From Alphaproteobacteria bacterium (GTDB lineage Bacteria; Pseudomonadota; Alphaproteobacteria; SMXQ01), in assembly GCA_004356985.1 (NCBI GenBank), contig SMXQ01000078.1:593-64592 (forward strand): a DNA stretch of 64,000 bases. The letters run 5' to 3'. Numbering within the stretch: the stretch's first letter is position 1; each line of letters begins with the position of its first letter. Below, one piece after another: positions 20,671-30,936 of the stretch. The notes under the pieces are model-generated. The model was not told the DNA's origin. It did not search any database and worked only from the letters and a program-made list of their open reading frames with translations. The translations under genes and the position numbers were made by a program.

Positions 20671-21402
20671 TCAGGCCTTCTCCGCCAAGCGCCGGAGGTG
20701 ACGGTCCCAGAGGTCCGGCCGCCGCGCTTGGGTGATCATTTCCATTTGCTCCCGGCGCCAGGCCCGGACCTTTTCATGGTGCCCCGACACCAGGATATCG
20801 GGGACCGTTCGGCCTTGCCAATCCCTGGGCCGGGTGTAATGGGGGTATTCCAGCAGATCGTCGGTGAAACTTTCCTCGTCAAGGCTCTCGGCGTTTCCCA
20901 CGACGCCGGCCAAAAGGCGCACGCAGGCATCGATGAGGACCATGGCGGCGGGCTCGCCGCCGGACAGCACGAAATCGCCGATGCTCACCTCTTCCAGGGC
21001 GCGGGCGCCGATGACGCGCTCGTCGATCCCTTCATAGCGCCCGCAAAGCAGGGTCACCCCGGGCCCCCGGGCCAGCTCGCGCGCCCGCGCCTGATTCAAA
21101 AGCCGGCCCCTGGGGCTCAGGTAAATGGCCGGCGCCCCGGGGCAGACCGCCATGGCCGCCGCCATGGCGGCGTCGACGATGTCGGGTTTCATCACCAAGG
21201 AGGCGCCGCCGCCAAACGGCGCGGCATCCACGGTGCGGTGCTTGTCGCGGGCGAAGTCCCGGATATCCAGGGTCTCCAGCCGCCACAGCCCTCCGGCCAG
21301 CGCCCGGCCGGCCAACGAATGGCCGAGCGGCCCGGGGAACATGTCCGGGAACAGGGTCGCCACGGTGGCCGTCCAGGGGCCTTGATGGGTCTCGGTCTTC
21401 AT
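20671..21402 (-). CDS. trmD: tRNA (guanine37-N1)-methyltransferase.
   Basis: ORF 20671..21432. Start ATG at 21402 ([27 protein letters not shown]...) overlaps the rimM stop in an ATGA. Confidence 0.9.
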   Translation of the reverse strand: MKTETHQGPWTATVATLFPDMFPGPLGHSLAGRALAGGLWRLETLDIRDFARDKHRTVDAAPFGGGASLVMKPDIVDAAMAAAMAVCPGAPAIYLSPRGRLLNQARARELARGPGVTLLCGRYEGIDERVIGARALEEVSIGDFVLSGGEPAAMVLIDACVRLLAGVVGNAESLDEESFTDDLLEYPHYTRPRDWQGRTVPDILVSGHHEKVRAWRREQMEMITQARRPDLWDRHLRRLAEKA

Positions 21403-22004
21403 CCGCTCTCTTCGCCGCCGTCTTGGCTGCACTCTTCTCCGTCGGGGTTGTCCGCGCCACTACCGGCGGCGGGTTGCTCTTCATCCAGCAGGCCGGGCAA
21501 GGGATCGATCACCACCCGGCCGCCTTGCACGTCAACCACCGGAACGCATCGGCGGGTGAACGGCACCAGCACCACCGGGCCTTTTGGTGTCCGCAGTTCC
21601 AACAGGTCGCCGGCGCCGTAATTTCGCATCGCCACCACCTGGCCCAGGGCCGCGCCATCCTCACGGTAGGCCGCGAGCCCGATCAGATCGTGGTGATAGT
21701 ACTCCTCCTCGTTGGCGGTCTCCGGCAAGGCGGCCCGGGCCACCCAAAGCTCCGTCCCGGTCAATTTTTCCGCCTGGCCGCGGTCGCCGATGCCGGCGAT
21801 CCTCGCCGTCACCATCCCTTTCACCACATGGGTCACCGAGACCATGAATTCACGGCCGCTTTTTCGGTCCGTCAGCGGCCCATAGGCGGCGATGGCCCGG
21901 GGGTCTTCGGTGAAGGGCCGGATGCGAACCAGGCCCCGCACCCCATGGGGCCGGGCGATCACCCCGAGACAGACCCATTGCTCTTCCCTGGCCATGGCCG
22001 CCAT
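21399..22004 (-). CDS. rimM: Ribosome maturation factor RimM.
   Basis: 201 aa; ...[25 protein letters not shown]... RimM and PRC-barrel pattern. Conserved operon context. Confidence 0.88.
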   Translation of the reverse strand: MAAMAREEQWVCLGVIARPHGVRGLVRIRPFTEDPRAIAAYGPLTDRKSGREFMVSVTHVVKGMVTARIAGIGDRGQAEKLTGTELWVARAALPETANEEEYYHHDLIGLAAYREDGAALGQVVAMRNYGAGDLLELRTPKGPVVLVPFTRRCVPVVDVQGGRVVIDPLPGLLDEEQPAAGSGADNPDGEECSQDGGEESG

Positions 22005-22025
22005 ACCCGCACGCGCGCGCCGGTG

Positions 22026-22868
22026 TTATTCGTCCTTCGCCTTCTCTTCGCTCTTTTCCTCGGCTGGGGCTTCCTCGCCCGGGGCGTCCCCGGCGGCGGC
22101 TTTCTCGGCCACATCTTCGGGCGCGGCCTCCTCGGCGGGGGCTTCAACTGGTGCCTCTTCGGCGGCGGCTTCCGCTGGTGCCTCTTCGGTAGCGGCTTCG
22201 GCGGGAGCGTCCTCGGCCGGGGCTTCTTCGGCCGCTGCTTCCTCGGCGGGAGCGTCCTCGGCGGGGGCTTCTTCAGCCGCAGCTTCCTCGGCGGGGGCTT
22301 CCTCGGCCGGGGGGGCTTCGGCGGCAGCTTCCTCGGCGGGAGATTCCTCGGCGGGGGATTCCTCGGCGGGGGCCGCTTCAGCCGCAGCTTCCTCGGCGGG
22401 GGCTTCCCCGGCGGCGGCTTCGGCAGCAGGCGCCTCTTCGGCGGGACCCTCTTCGCCCGGCGCTTCCGCAGGCGCGGCCTCCTCGGCCGGGGGGGCTTCG
22501 GCCGCCGTCTTGGCGGCTTCGGCGGCGGCGGCGGCGGCCTCTTCGGCCTCCTTTATGCGTTCCAGCGTCTTGGCCCGGGGCAGGTGCTGCTTGGTCTGCT
22601 CGGGGATCGCCGGCTTGGCGGCGATATCGGCCTTGGCGAGGAACAGCGCGATGCGGTGGCTCGGCTGGGCGCCCTGGCCCAGCCAGTGGCGCACGCGCTC
22701 TTCGTCGAGCACCACGCGCTTGGGGTCGTCCCGGGGCAGCATCGGGTCGTAATGGCCGACGCGTTCGATGAAGCGGCCGTCCCGGGGCTTGCGGGAATCG
22801 GCGACGACGATGCGGTAAAAGGGCCGCTTCTTGGCCCCGCCCCGCGACAGGCGAATTTTCAATGCCAT
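22026..22868 (-). CDS. rpsP: 30S ribosomal protein S16 with a roughly 190-aa low-complexity acidic C-terminal extension.
   Basis: N-terminal 90 aa [42 protein letters not shown]... is canonical S16. The remainder is A/E/P repeats ([10 protein letters not shown]...) ending [11 protein letters not shown]. Confidence 0.9.
   Translation of the reverse strand: MALKIRLSRGGAKKRPFYRIVVADSRKPRDGRFIERVGHYDPMLPRDDPKRVVLDEERVRHWLGQGAQPSHRIALFLAKADIAAKPAIPEQTKQHLPRAKTLERIKEAEEAAAAAAEAAKTAAEAPPAEEAAPAEAPGEEGPAEEAPAAEAAAGEAPAEEAAAEAAPAEESPAEESPAEEAAAEAPPAEEAPAEEAAAEEAPAEDAPAEEAAAEEAPAEDAPAEAATEEAPAEAAAEEAPVEAPAEEAAPEDVAEKAAAGDAPGEEAPAEEKSEEKAKDE
22030..22560. repeat. Degenerate tandem DNA repeats (units about 15-18 nt, GCTTCCTCGGCGGGnGC-like) encoding the S16 acidic tail.
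   Basis: Read directly. The unit repeats about 25 times and keeps the reading frame. Confidence 0.6.
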
Positions 22869-22974
22869 TGAGTTCTGCTTCCTTTCAAATCTCCGTCCAA
22901 TTTCACGTCCATCAAGGTTTCCATCAAGCGCCGCCAGGGGGCGCCGCGACCACGCCCAGGCGCGCGCTTGGCCC

Positions 22975-24381
22975 TCATCCGCCGAAGCGGCCCATGCCGG
23001 GCGGCAATCCGCCCGGCGCCATGCCCGGCGCCATGCCCGGCCCCATGCCTGGCAGGCCGCCCTGGGCGAGTCCCAACTTGGAGAGCTTGCCGACCTTTTT
23101 CATCATCTTGCTCATTTCCCGGTACTGCTTGAGCACCCGGTTCACGTCCTGGACCTCGGTGCCGGAGCCCGCGGCGATGCGCCGCCGGCGCGACCCGTTC
23201 AAGAGCTTGGTGTTGCACTTCTCGGCCCGGGTCATGGAGCGGATGATGGCGACCTGGCGGCCGATCAGCTTATCGTCGAGATGGGCCGCCGCCAGCTGGG
23301 ATTTTATCTTCCGGGCGCCGGGCAGCATCCCCATCATCCCCTGCAAGCCGCCCATCTTGGTGAGCTTCAGAAGCTGGTCGGCCATGTCGTCGAGGTCGAA
23401 ACTGCCCTTGACCATCTTGGCCGCGAGCCTTTCGGCCTCTTCCCGGTCGGTCTGCTCGGCGGCTTTCTCCACCAGGGTGACGATGTCGCCCATGCCGAGG
23501 ATGCGCGAGGCGATCCTTTCGGGGTGGAAATCCTCCAGCGCGTCCAGTTGCTCGCCGGTGCCCATCAGCTTGATCGGCACCCCCGCCACCTTGCGCATGG
23601 AAAGCGCCGCGCCGCCCCGGGCATCGCCGTCGATGCGGGTCAGCACGATGCCGGTCACATGGAGAGTTTGGGCGAACGCCCGGGCCGTGTTGACGGCATC
23701 CTGGCCGGTCATGGCGTCGGCCACCAGAAGGGTCTCCACGGGGTTCACCAGGGCGTGGATGCGCGCCGCCTCGGCCATCATGTCGTCGTCCACGGCAAGC
23801 CGGCCCGCGGTATCCATGATGACGATGTCATAGCCTTCGAGCCGCGCGCTGGCGAGCGCCCGGCGGGCGATATCGGCGGCGCCCTGGCCGGCGACCACGG
23901 GCAGCGTCGGAATGCCGGCCTGGCGGCCGAGGATCGCCAGCTGTTCCTGGGCGGCGGGCCGCGCGGTATCCAGGGACGCCATCAGCACCGTTTTGTTGGA
24001 GCGGCCGGTCAGGCGGACGGCGATCTTGGCCGCCGTGGTGGTCTTGCCCGACCCCTGCAGGCCGACCATCAGGATCACCGCCGGCGGGGAAGCCGCCAAG
24101 TTGAGCTCCTGGCCTTCGCCGCCGAGCAGCTCGGTCAATTCCTGGGCGACGATCTTGACCACCATCTGGCCCGGAGTGACCGAGCGGATGACGGCATCGC
24201 CGACCGCCTTATCCCTGACCGCGTCGATGAATTCCTTGACTACGGGCAAGGCGACGTCGGCCTCCAGCAGCGCCACCCGCACTTGGCGCAGCGCCTCATC
24301 GACATCGGCCTCGCCCAGCACCCCCTTGCGGGTGAGCCGGGAAAAGACGTCGTTCAGCCTATTGCCCAGGTTTTCAAACAT
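22975..24381 (-). CDS. ffh: Signal recognition particle protein Ffh.
   Basis: 468 aa. GTPase motifs GLQGSGKTT and DTAGR. Met/Gly-rich M-domain tail. Confidence 0.95.
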   Translation of the reverse strand: MFENLGNRLNDVFSRLTRKGVLGEADVDEALRQVRVALLEADVALPVVKEFIDAVRDKAVGDAVIRSVTPGQMVVKIVAQELTELLGGEGQELNLAASPPAVILMVGLQGSGKTTTAAKIAVRLTGRSNKTVLMASLDTARPAAQEQLAILGRQAGIPTLPVVAGQGAADIARRALASARLEGYDIVIMDTAGRLAVDDDMMAEAARIHALVNPVETLLVADAMTGQDAVNTARAFAQTLHVTGIVLTRIDGDARGGAALSMRKVAGVPIKLMGTGEQLDALEDFHPERIASRILGMGDIVTLVEKAAEQTDREEAERLAAKMVKGSFDLDDMADQLLKLTKMGGLQGMMGMLPGARKIKSQLAAAHLDDKLIGRQVAIIRSMTRAEKCNTKLLNGSRRRRIAAGSGTEVQDVNRVLKQYREMSKMMKKVGKLSKLGLAQGGLPGMGPGMAPGMAPGGLPPGMGRFGG

Positions 24382-25046
24382 GGCGGCGTGTTCTCTGCGG
24401 TCCTTGCAATTGCCAAAGCACGATCACGCCAGTGCGCGAAAACTCGCGGGCTGGCGGACTTCCCGGGCACCCCCGGGAAGCTCTCAGAACGGCGGGTTCC
24501 GGAGCGCGCGGAATTTAGGCCGCGCCACGGCCAAAAGTCAAGCGCGCCATGCGCGCATTTTGCGCCCAAACCGTGGGGAGAGAAGCGCTTGCGAGCGGGG
24601 CCCAAGAAAAATTACGCATTGGATGGAAACGCAACACTTTGTTTATTTTTGCCTGCCAGCGTGGAGCCGTGGACCGGCCCGCCAAAGCCCGGAACCGCCG
24701 GCGCCTTCGATCACCGACGCGCCATAGCGGCCCAAGCGGGTCGGCCGGCGCCGGGTTGGAAAGTACTCTAGGGGGGAATGGCCATATGCCGAATTCCCAG
24801 GAAATTATGGCCGTCGCGCCATGGCTGATGGTCGGCGGCGGAATCCTTGCCGTATTGGGCGTCATTACCGCCCTTCTCGCCAGAGGCGGCGAGGACAGGG
24901 GCGGCCTGTCGAAACCCCTGGCGTTGGTGGGCCGGCGCTGTTTTTCATGGGCTTCTACCTCGATGACCGCTGGGCCAACCCCTGGCAGGCGACCGGTGAA
25001 GACGCCCTTGGCATGGCTTCGGGACCTCGGAGCGATCCCCTGCCCA

Positions 25047-25262
25047 GTGGAGGAAACATGGCCTGCGCGCGCGGCCCCATGGTGGAGGTCTTTGGCGAAA
25101 TCGGAATACGGCGTCACCGCCATCGAGTATTCCCTGATCGGCGGCCTGATCTCGGTTTTCATCATCATCGCGCTTTCCCTGGTGGGCGACCAAGTCCAAG
25201 CCACGTTCAATACCTGGACCGACGCGGTTCATAACGCCATCAGGGATTCCCAGGGTTCCTGA
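25047..25262 (+). CDS. Flp/Fap family type IVb pilin (prepilin), GTG start.
   Basis: In-frame translation ...WWRSLAKSEYG|VTAIEYSLIGGLISVFIIIALSLVGDQVQATFNTWTDAV... has the Flp cleavage and hydrophobic motif G/(A,V)TAIEY-[GS]LI. There is no in-frame ATG; GTG at 25047 gives a 22-aa leader. The enclosing track ORF 24549..25262 is an over-extension. Confidence 0.5.
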   Translation: MEETWPARAAPWWRSLAKSEYGVTAIEYSLIGGLISVFIIIALSLVGDQVQATFNTWTDAVHNAIRDSQGS

Positions 25263-25446
25263 AGGGCTCTCCAATGGTCCCGCCGCGCCGTGGCCAGGGG
25301 CGCGACCCGGGGCCCCTTGGCCACGGCGCGGCGGGAAAGCAGCACGCCGCCGACACCATGCCATCACGATGTCCCGGCGGGCACCTTCGCCCCCCGGTTC
25401 CGAATCCCATTGCCATCACCGGTCGCGGCACCATATAAGGCGGCCT

Positions 25447-26292
25447 ATGGAAGGATTACCGTTCATCAAGATGCACGGGCTCGGCAACGACTTCGTGATC
25501 ATCGACGGGCGCGTGAACCCGGTGGAGATCGGCGCCGATGCCGCGCGGCGCATTGCCGACCGCCACACCGGAATCGGTTGCGACCAGTTGATCGTGTTGG
25601 CCGGCCCGCGCAATGCCGACGCCCAGGCTTTCATGACCATCCGCAATGCCGATGGCGGGGAATCCGCCGCCTGCGGCAACGCCACGCGCTGCGTTGCAGC
25701 ACTTCTGATGGACGAGAACGGCACCGATCAGGCAATCATCGAAACCGAGGCCGGGATATTAGTGGGTGAAGGCGCGCCCGAGGGCATCACCCTCGACATG
25801 GCATCCCCGCGCACCGATTGGCGCGATATCCCCCTGGCCGGCGACCACGACACCGCTCACCTGCCCCTGGGATCGGGCCCGGTTGCCGACCCGGCCGCGT
25901 GTTCCATGGGCAACCCCCACGCCACCTTTTTCGTCGACGACGTGGAAGCGATCGAGATCGCCGCCATCGGCCCCGGGCTCGAGCATGACCCGATCTTTCC
26001 CGAGCGCGCCAATATCGGCTTCGCCCAGGTGGTCGCGGCGGACCGCATCCGGCTCCGGGTATGGGAACGGGGCGCCGGCCTGACCTCGGCCTGCGCGACG
26101 GGCGCTTGCGCGGCGGTGGTGAACGGCGTCCGCCGCGGGCTTTTGGCCCGCCGGGTGCGTTGCATCCTCGACGGCGGGGAACTGGTGGTCGAATGGCGCG
26201 AGCGCGACGGCCACGTCCTGATGACGGGCCCCACCGCCGTCACCTTTACCGGGCTCATCGGCCCGGGCCTTCTCGACGGAGGCACGCCGTGA
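25447..26292 (+). CDS. dapF: Diaminopimelate epimerase.
   Basis: ORF 25369..26292. Start MEGLPFIKMHGLGNDFVIID at 25447. Catalytic Cys motifs ...ACGNATRC... and ...SACATGACAA.... Confidence 0.92.
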   Translation: MEGLPFIKMHGLGNDFVIIDGRVNPVEIGADAARRIADRHTGIGCDQLIVLAGPRNADAQAFMTIRNADGGESAACGNATRCVAALLMDENGTDQAIIETEAGILVGEGAPEGITLDMASPRTDWRDIPLAGDHDTAHLPLGSGPVADPAACSMGNPHATFFVDDVEAIEIAAIGPGLEHDPIFPERANIGFAQVVAADRIRLRVWERGAGLTSACATGACAAVVNGVRRGLLARRVRCILDGGELVVEWRERDGHVLMTGPTAVTFTGLIGPGLLDGGTP

Positions 26293-27593
26293 CCGTGAGG
26301 CTCGCCAAGGGCGCCGCCGGCCCCGGGGACGGCGCCGGCGCGACCGAGATCGTGTCCCTCGGCTGCCGGCTCAATGCCTTCGAGGCGGAAGTCATGCGGT
26401 CCCATGCGGCGGCGGCCGGGCTCACGGGCGCGGTGATCGTCAACACCTGCGCGGTGACCCGGGAATCCGAACGCCAGTCGCGCCAGGCCATCCGCCGGGC
26501 GCGGCGCCAGAACCCCGATGCCACCATCATCGTCACCGGTTGCGCCGCCCAGATCGATCCCGGCGCCTTCGCCGCCATGGCGGAAGTGGATCACGTCATC
26601 GGCAATGCCGAAAAGCTCGCGCCCGAGACCTTCGCCGCCTTGGCCGAAGGCGGCGGCATGCCGCGCGTGGCGGTTTCCGACATCATGGATTTGCGCGAGA
26701 CCGCCCACCATCTGGTGGATGGCTTCGAGGGACGGGCGCGGGCCTTCGTCGAAATACAACAGGGCTGCGATCACCGCTGCACCTTCTGCATCATCCCCTT
26801 CGGGCGCGGCAATTCACGCTCCGCGCCGGTCGCCGAAGTGGTCCGCCAAGCCGCCCACCTGGTGGCGGCGGGCTATCGGGAAATCGTCCTGACCGGCGTC
26901 GACATCACCGGCTATGGCGCGGACCTGCCGGGCGCCCCCGGGCTCGGCGAGATGGCGCGCCGGCTTTTAGCCCTGGTGCCCGGGCTGGAGCGATTGCGGC
27001 TGTCGTCCATCGATGTCGCCGAGGTCGATGACGCGCTGTTCGACCTGGTCACCAACGAGCCGCGCGTCATGCCCCATCTGCACCTCAGCCTGCAATCGGG
27101 CGACGATCTCATTCTCAAGCGCATGAAGCGCCGCCACGCCCGCGCCCAGGCGGTGGAATTCTGTGCCGCGGTGCGCGCCGCCCGCCCGGAAATCGTCTTC
27201 GGCGCCGACCTCATCGCCGGCTTCCCCACCGAAAGCGAAGAGGCGTTCGAGGGCACCGTGGACCTGATCGAGGACGCCGGGCTGACCTGGCTCCACGTAT
27301 TTCCCTATTCCCCACGGCCCGGCACGCCCGCCGCCCGCATGCCCGCCCTGCCCGGACCAGTGGTCAAGGACCGCGCCCGGCGCCTGCGCGCCGCCGGCGA
27401 GGCCGCCCGCGACCGCTTCCTGGAGAGTTGCATCGGCGGGACGGAATCAATTTTGGTCGAGCAGCCGGGGATCGGGCGCACCGGACGTTTCGCCTATGTG
27501 GCGTTCACCGGCGCGGCGGAAACCGGCGCCGTGGCCGCGGCGCGGATCGAAGGCGCGTCCCAGGGGCGGCTCCACGGCAAGATCCTGTCATGA
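26289..27593 (+). CDS. mtaB: tRNA methylthiotransferase MtaB-like (radical-SAM MiaB/RimO family).
   Basis: MTTase N-domain ...EIVSLGCRLNAFEAEVM.... Radical-SAM CDHRCTFCIIP motif. TRAM-like C-terminus. Probable GTG start overlapping the dapF stop. Confidence 0.8.
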   Translation: MTVRLAKGAAGPGDGAGATEIVSLGCRLNAFEAEVMRSHAAAAGLTGAVIVNTCAVTRESERQSRQAIRRARRQNPDATIIVTGCAAQIDPGAFAAMAEVDHVIGNAEKLAPETFAALAEGGGMPRVAVSDIMDLRETAHHLVDGFEGRARAFVEIQQGCDHRCTFCIIPFGRGNSRSAPVAEVVRQAAHLVAAGYREIVLTGVDITGYGADLPGAPGLGEMARRLLALVPGLERLRLSSIDVAEVDDALFDLVTNEPRVMPHLHLSLQSGDDLILKRMKRRHARAQAVEFCAAVRAARPEIVFGADLIAGFPTESEEAFEGTVDLIEDAGLTWLHVFPYSPRPGTPAARMPALPGPVVKDRARRLRAAGEAARDRFLESCIGGTESILVEQPGIGRTGRFAYVAFTGAAETGAVAAARIEGASQGRLHGKILS

Positions 27594-27597
27594 GCAC

Positions 27598-28575
27598 ATG
27601 GCCATGGGCAGAGGGGCCATGAGCGGCGAGAGCGGCGAGGGCGGCGGCTGGATCACCCGGCTGCGGGCCGGGCTAAAGCGGTCGAGCACCACCTTGGCCG
27701 ATGGTTTGGCGGCGATCTTTGCCGGGGGCAAGGTGGATCCCGCCACCGTCCAGGAGCTCGAAGATCTTCTCATCATGGCCGATCTGGGCCCGGCGACGGC
27801 GGCACGGCTCGCCCGGGCGGCGACCGAGCGGCAATCGGGCGGCGAGAGGACCGGCGCGGCGGTGACCCTGGCCCTGGCCGACGAAATTACCCAGATCCTC
27901 GAGCCCCTCGCCCGCCCCCTGGAGATCACCGCCGGCGCCAAGCCCCACGTGATCCTCGTGGTCGGCGTCAACGGCACCGGCAAGACCACCACCATCGGCA
28001 AGCTCGCCCATGTCTTCAAGGCCCAGGGCCATTCGGTGATGATCGCGGCGGGCGACACCTTTCGCGCGGCCGCGGTGGACCAACTGCGCATCTGGGCGGC
28101 CCGCGCCGGGGCGCGATTCTTCGGCTCCGACGACGCCACGGACGCCGCGGCGGTCGCCTTCGACGCCATGGGTGCGGCGCGGGACGCGGCCACCGACGTG
28201 CTGCTGGTCGATACCGCCGGCCGTCTGCACAACAAATCGGACCTCATGGCGGAGCTGGAAAAGATCATCCGCGTGATGCGCAAGCTCGACCCGGCCGCCC
28301 CCCATGACACGCTTTTGGTTCTCGACGCCACCACCGGCCAGAACGCCCACGCCCAGGCGGAAGTCTTTAAGGACATCACCAACGTCAGCGGGCTGGTGAT
28401 CACCAAGCTCGACGGTTCCGCCAAGGGCGGCGTGCTGGTGGCCTTGGCCGAGCGCTTCGCCCTGCCGGTCTACGCCATCGGCGTCGGCGAAGGCATCGAC
28501 GACCTGCAGCCTTTCACCGCCAGGGACTACGCCCGTTCCCTGCTCGGCCTCGATGGCGATGGCGATGTCCGCTAA
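27598..28575 (+). CDS. ftsY: Signal recognition particle receptor FtsY.
   Basis: NG-domain motifs GVNGTGKTTTIGKLA and DTAGR. Start ATG at 27598 immediately after the mtaB stop. The 5' part of track ORF 27496.. overlaps mtaB. Confidence 0.9.
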   Translation: MAMGRGAMSGESGEGGGWITRLRAGLKRSSTTLADGLAAIFAGGKVDPATVQELEDLLIMADLGPATAARLARAATERQSGGERTGAAVTLALADEITQILEPLARPLEITAGAKPHVILVVGVNGTGKTTTIGKLAHVFKAQGHSVMIAAGDTFRAAAVDQLRIWAARAGARFFGSDDATDAAAVAFDAMGAARDAATDVLLVDTAGRLHNKSDLMAELEKIIRVMRKLDPAAPHDTLLVLDATTGQNAHAQAEVFKDITNVSGLVITKLDGSAKGGVLVALAERFALPVYAIGVGEGIDDLQPFTARDYARSLLGLDGDGDVR

Positions 28576-29162
28576 GTAAGGTCGGTTTCGCCCTGGGGAT
28601 TGGTCCGGGGCGTGAAGATTTCCGTATCGCCCAGTTCACGGTCGTGGCGAAGGGCCCAGCGCACCGTCGGGAAAGCGATCTCCGACCAGGGAATTTCCCC
28701 CCACTCAAAGAGGGCCACGGCCTGGCTTTCGGCGCCCGGCTTGACCGCTTCGTCAAGCAGCCGGGCGCGATAGATCAACTGCACCTGAGAGAGGCGTGGG
28801 ATATCGTAGACCGCCAGCAGGCTGGTGATCTCGATCTTGGCGCAGGCCTCCTCCCAGGCTTCGCGCCGGGCCCCTTCTTCGGGGGCTTCGTTAAGCTCCA
28901 GATAGCCCGCCGGCAGGGTCCAGTAACCGAGGCGCGGCGCGATGGCGCGGCGGCACAGGAGGATACGATCATCCCACCGCACCACGGCACCGACGATCAT
29001 CTTGGGATTTTCGTAATGAATGAACCCGCAATCGGGACACATCAGGCGGGCCCGGTCATCCCCTTCGGGGATGGTCTCGACCCGGGGTCCGTTTCCCACG
29101 GGCGGCGTCTTGGGCGGCAAACTCATGGCCGGCATGTTGAACGCGTCGGGGCGGGTGCACAA
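28572..29162 (-). CDS. NUDIX hydrolase with an N-terminal zinc-ribbon (NudC-like).
   Basis: CPDCGF zinc-ribbon element plus a Nudix box ...GYLELNEAPEEGARREAWEEAC.... Confidence 0.75.
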   Translation of the reverse strand: MCTRPDAFNMPAMSLPPKTPPVGNGPRVETIPEGDDRARLMCPDCGFIHYENPKMIVGAVVRWDDRILLCRRAIAPRLGYWTLPAGYLELNEAPEEGARREAWEEACAKIEITSLLAVYDIPRLSQVQLIYRARLLDEAVKPGAESQAVALFEWGEIPWSEIAFPTVRWALRHDRELGDTEIFTPRTNPQGETDLT

Positions 29163-29688
29163 GCCCCCTGGGTCGGGCCGGAATTATTGCGGAGTAATGC
29201 TCTAGACGAGTATGTTGACGACACTGCCCCGGGGAAGGTTGGGCGACCCGGGGCCAGGGACCGGGGGCAACGCCGGTGCCGGGGCGGCCGACCGGGCCGC
29301 GGTGTCGCGCGCCGCCAAGGCCTTGGCGGCGGCGGCAAGCGCCGGCGGTTGAGCCGATACCGGCGACTTGGCGGGCTGGGTGATGCCGGCGGCGGCCTGG
29401 GCCGGTTGGGACGACAAAACGTGAAAAAGGGCGGCGCTGGGTGAAATTTGCATTAAAATCCTTGACCCTATGACTTTCGTGGCAGCGGCGGCGACCCCGG
29501 ACCTGGACCTGCCGGGTGGCCTGCCCGGTGGCCTGCCAGGTAGCCTGAGTGAACGCCAGGACATCCTAGTTTTGCTTAATTAACAAGCCCTTAACCTCTA
29601 CCCCGGACCAGCGGCGTTTACCAATGATTAAGCTAAATACCCCCTAAATGGTCCGGAAATTGGCGGGGGCGCGGATGACCGGGTCCTT

Positions 29689-30885
29689 TTGGCCGCAGGC
29701 ACTTCCATGACCGACGACATCAACAAAGACGATTACGAAGCATTGTTGGAAATGGCGCGGAACAAAACCGCCGCCGGGCGAGCCTTGCTCGCCGCCGCCA
29801 TGGACGATCTTTTCCGCCAAAGCAACGATGTCCTGACCGACCACGAACGGACCTTGATGTCCGGCATTCTGCGCGGCCTCCTGCACGCCGCGGAGATGTC
29901 GGTTCGCCGCGAACTCGCCGACAAGCTGGCGGCTTTGGACAACGTCCCCGACGATCTGATCGCCACCCTGGGCGACGACGAAATCGAGGTCGTCTACCCG
30001 ATCCTGGTCGGCAGTAAACTGCTCTACGATACCGACCTCGTCGAGATCATTCGCCACCGCACCCTGCAACACCAGCTTGCCATCGCCATGCAGCGCTCCG
30101 CCGGCGCGGGCATATCCGGGGAATTGCCGGAGAACGGCGGCCAGGACGTGATCAAGGCGTTGATGGAAAACACCAATGCACGCATATCGAAGTCCACCAT
30201 GGAATACCTGGTGGAACAGTCTAAACGCGTCGACGGCTATCAGAACCCCCTGCTGCGCCGGCCCGATTTCAACCAGGAGGTCGCCAAGCGCATCTATTGG
30301 TGGGTGTCCGCGGCCCTGAGAAAATACCTGGCGGACCAATTCGATATCGACCCCAGGGAACTGGATCAAGCCCTCGACGCCACGGTGGCGGAAATCTCGG
30401 CCCACGAATCGGAGCCCGGCGTCGTCGTGAACCAGGCGGAGGAACTCGCCCGGCGGGTGGCGGAGAACGGGCAGATCACGCCAAAGATCATCATCGGGGT
30501 CCTGCGCCAAGGCGAAATTCCCCTGTTCGAGGCCCTGTTCGCGGCCCATGCCGGGCTCAGGCTGAAACTTGTCCAGCGCATCATCTTCGAACCGGGGGGC
30601 GAAGCCCTCGCGGTGGCCTGCAAGGGGATCGAAATACCCCGGGACGACTTCGCCACCCTCTTCATGCTGAGCCGCGAGGCGCGGTTCGGTGAACCGGTCA
30701 CCGGCCGGCCGGAACCGGCCCGGATACTGGAACTCTATGACCGGGTCCGCCTCGAGCTTGCCCAGACGATTGTGGGCAGATGGCGGTGTGACCCCGATTA
30801 CCTCGACGCCATGCGCGTCTTGTCGAAAACGGCACCCAACGGCGCCTCCGCTCCGGGGGACAGCGGCAATTCAGCATCTTCATGA
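29689..30885 (+). CDS. DUF2336-domain protein, a conserved alphaproteobacterial hypothetical.
   Basis: 398 aa, helical and soluble. Pattern recalled as the DUF2336 family. Alternative start at MTDDINKDDY (29707). Confidence 0.6.
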   Translation: MAAGTSMTDDINKDDYEALLEMARNKTAAGRALLAAAMDDLFRQSNDVLTDHERTLMSGILRGLLHAAEMSVRRELADKLAALDNVPDDLIATLGDDEIEVVYPILVGSKLLYDTDLVEIIRHRTLQHQLAIAMQRSAGAGISGELPENGGQDVIKALMENTNARISKSTMEYLVEQSKRVDGYQNPLLRRPDFNQEVAKRIYWWVSAALRKYLADQFDIDPRELDQALDATVAEISAHESEPGVVVNQAEELARRVAENGQITPKIIIGVLRQGEIPLFEALFAAHAGLRLKLVQRIIFEPGGEALAVACKGIEIPRDDFATLFMLSREARFGEPVTGRPEPARILELYDRVRLELAQTIVGRWRCDPDYLDAMRVLSKTAPNGASAPGDSGNSASS

Positions 30886-30936
30886 CGGCCGGCCCGGGGT
30901 CATCCTGCCCAAAGGACGGATCCCAGGCCGATAACC

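Noticed and set aside
18507-20735. 742-aa plus-strand ORF spanning leuC and rplS.
   Set aside because: Antisense to two well-supported genes; it contains [10 protein letters not shown], the complement of the L19 Lys tail.
21423-22871. 482-aa and 286-aa plus-strand ORFs over rimM and rpsP (Gly/Phe-rich and Ala/Ser-rich repeats).
   Set aside because: Complement and alternative frame of the S16 acidic repeat; not independent genes.
22831-24771. 646-aa plus-strand ORF over ffh.
   Set aside because: Antisense to ffh, which has unmistakable SRP54 GTPase motifs.
29490-29560. Three 12-nt tandem units (GGTGGCCTGCCn) in the nudix/DUF2336 divergent promoter.
   Set aside because: Only three imperfect copies in GC-rich DNA; too weak to call.
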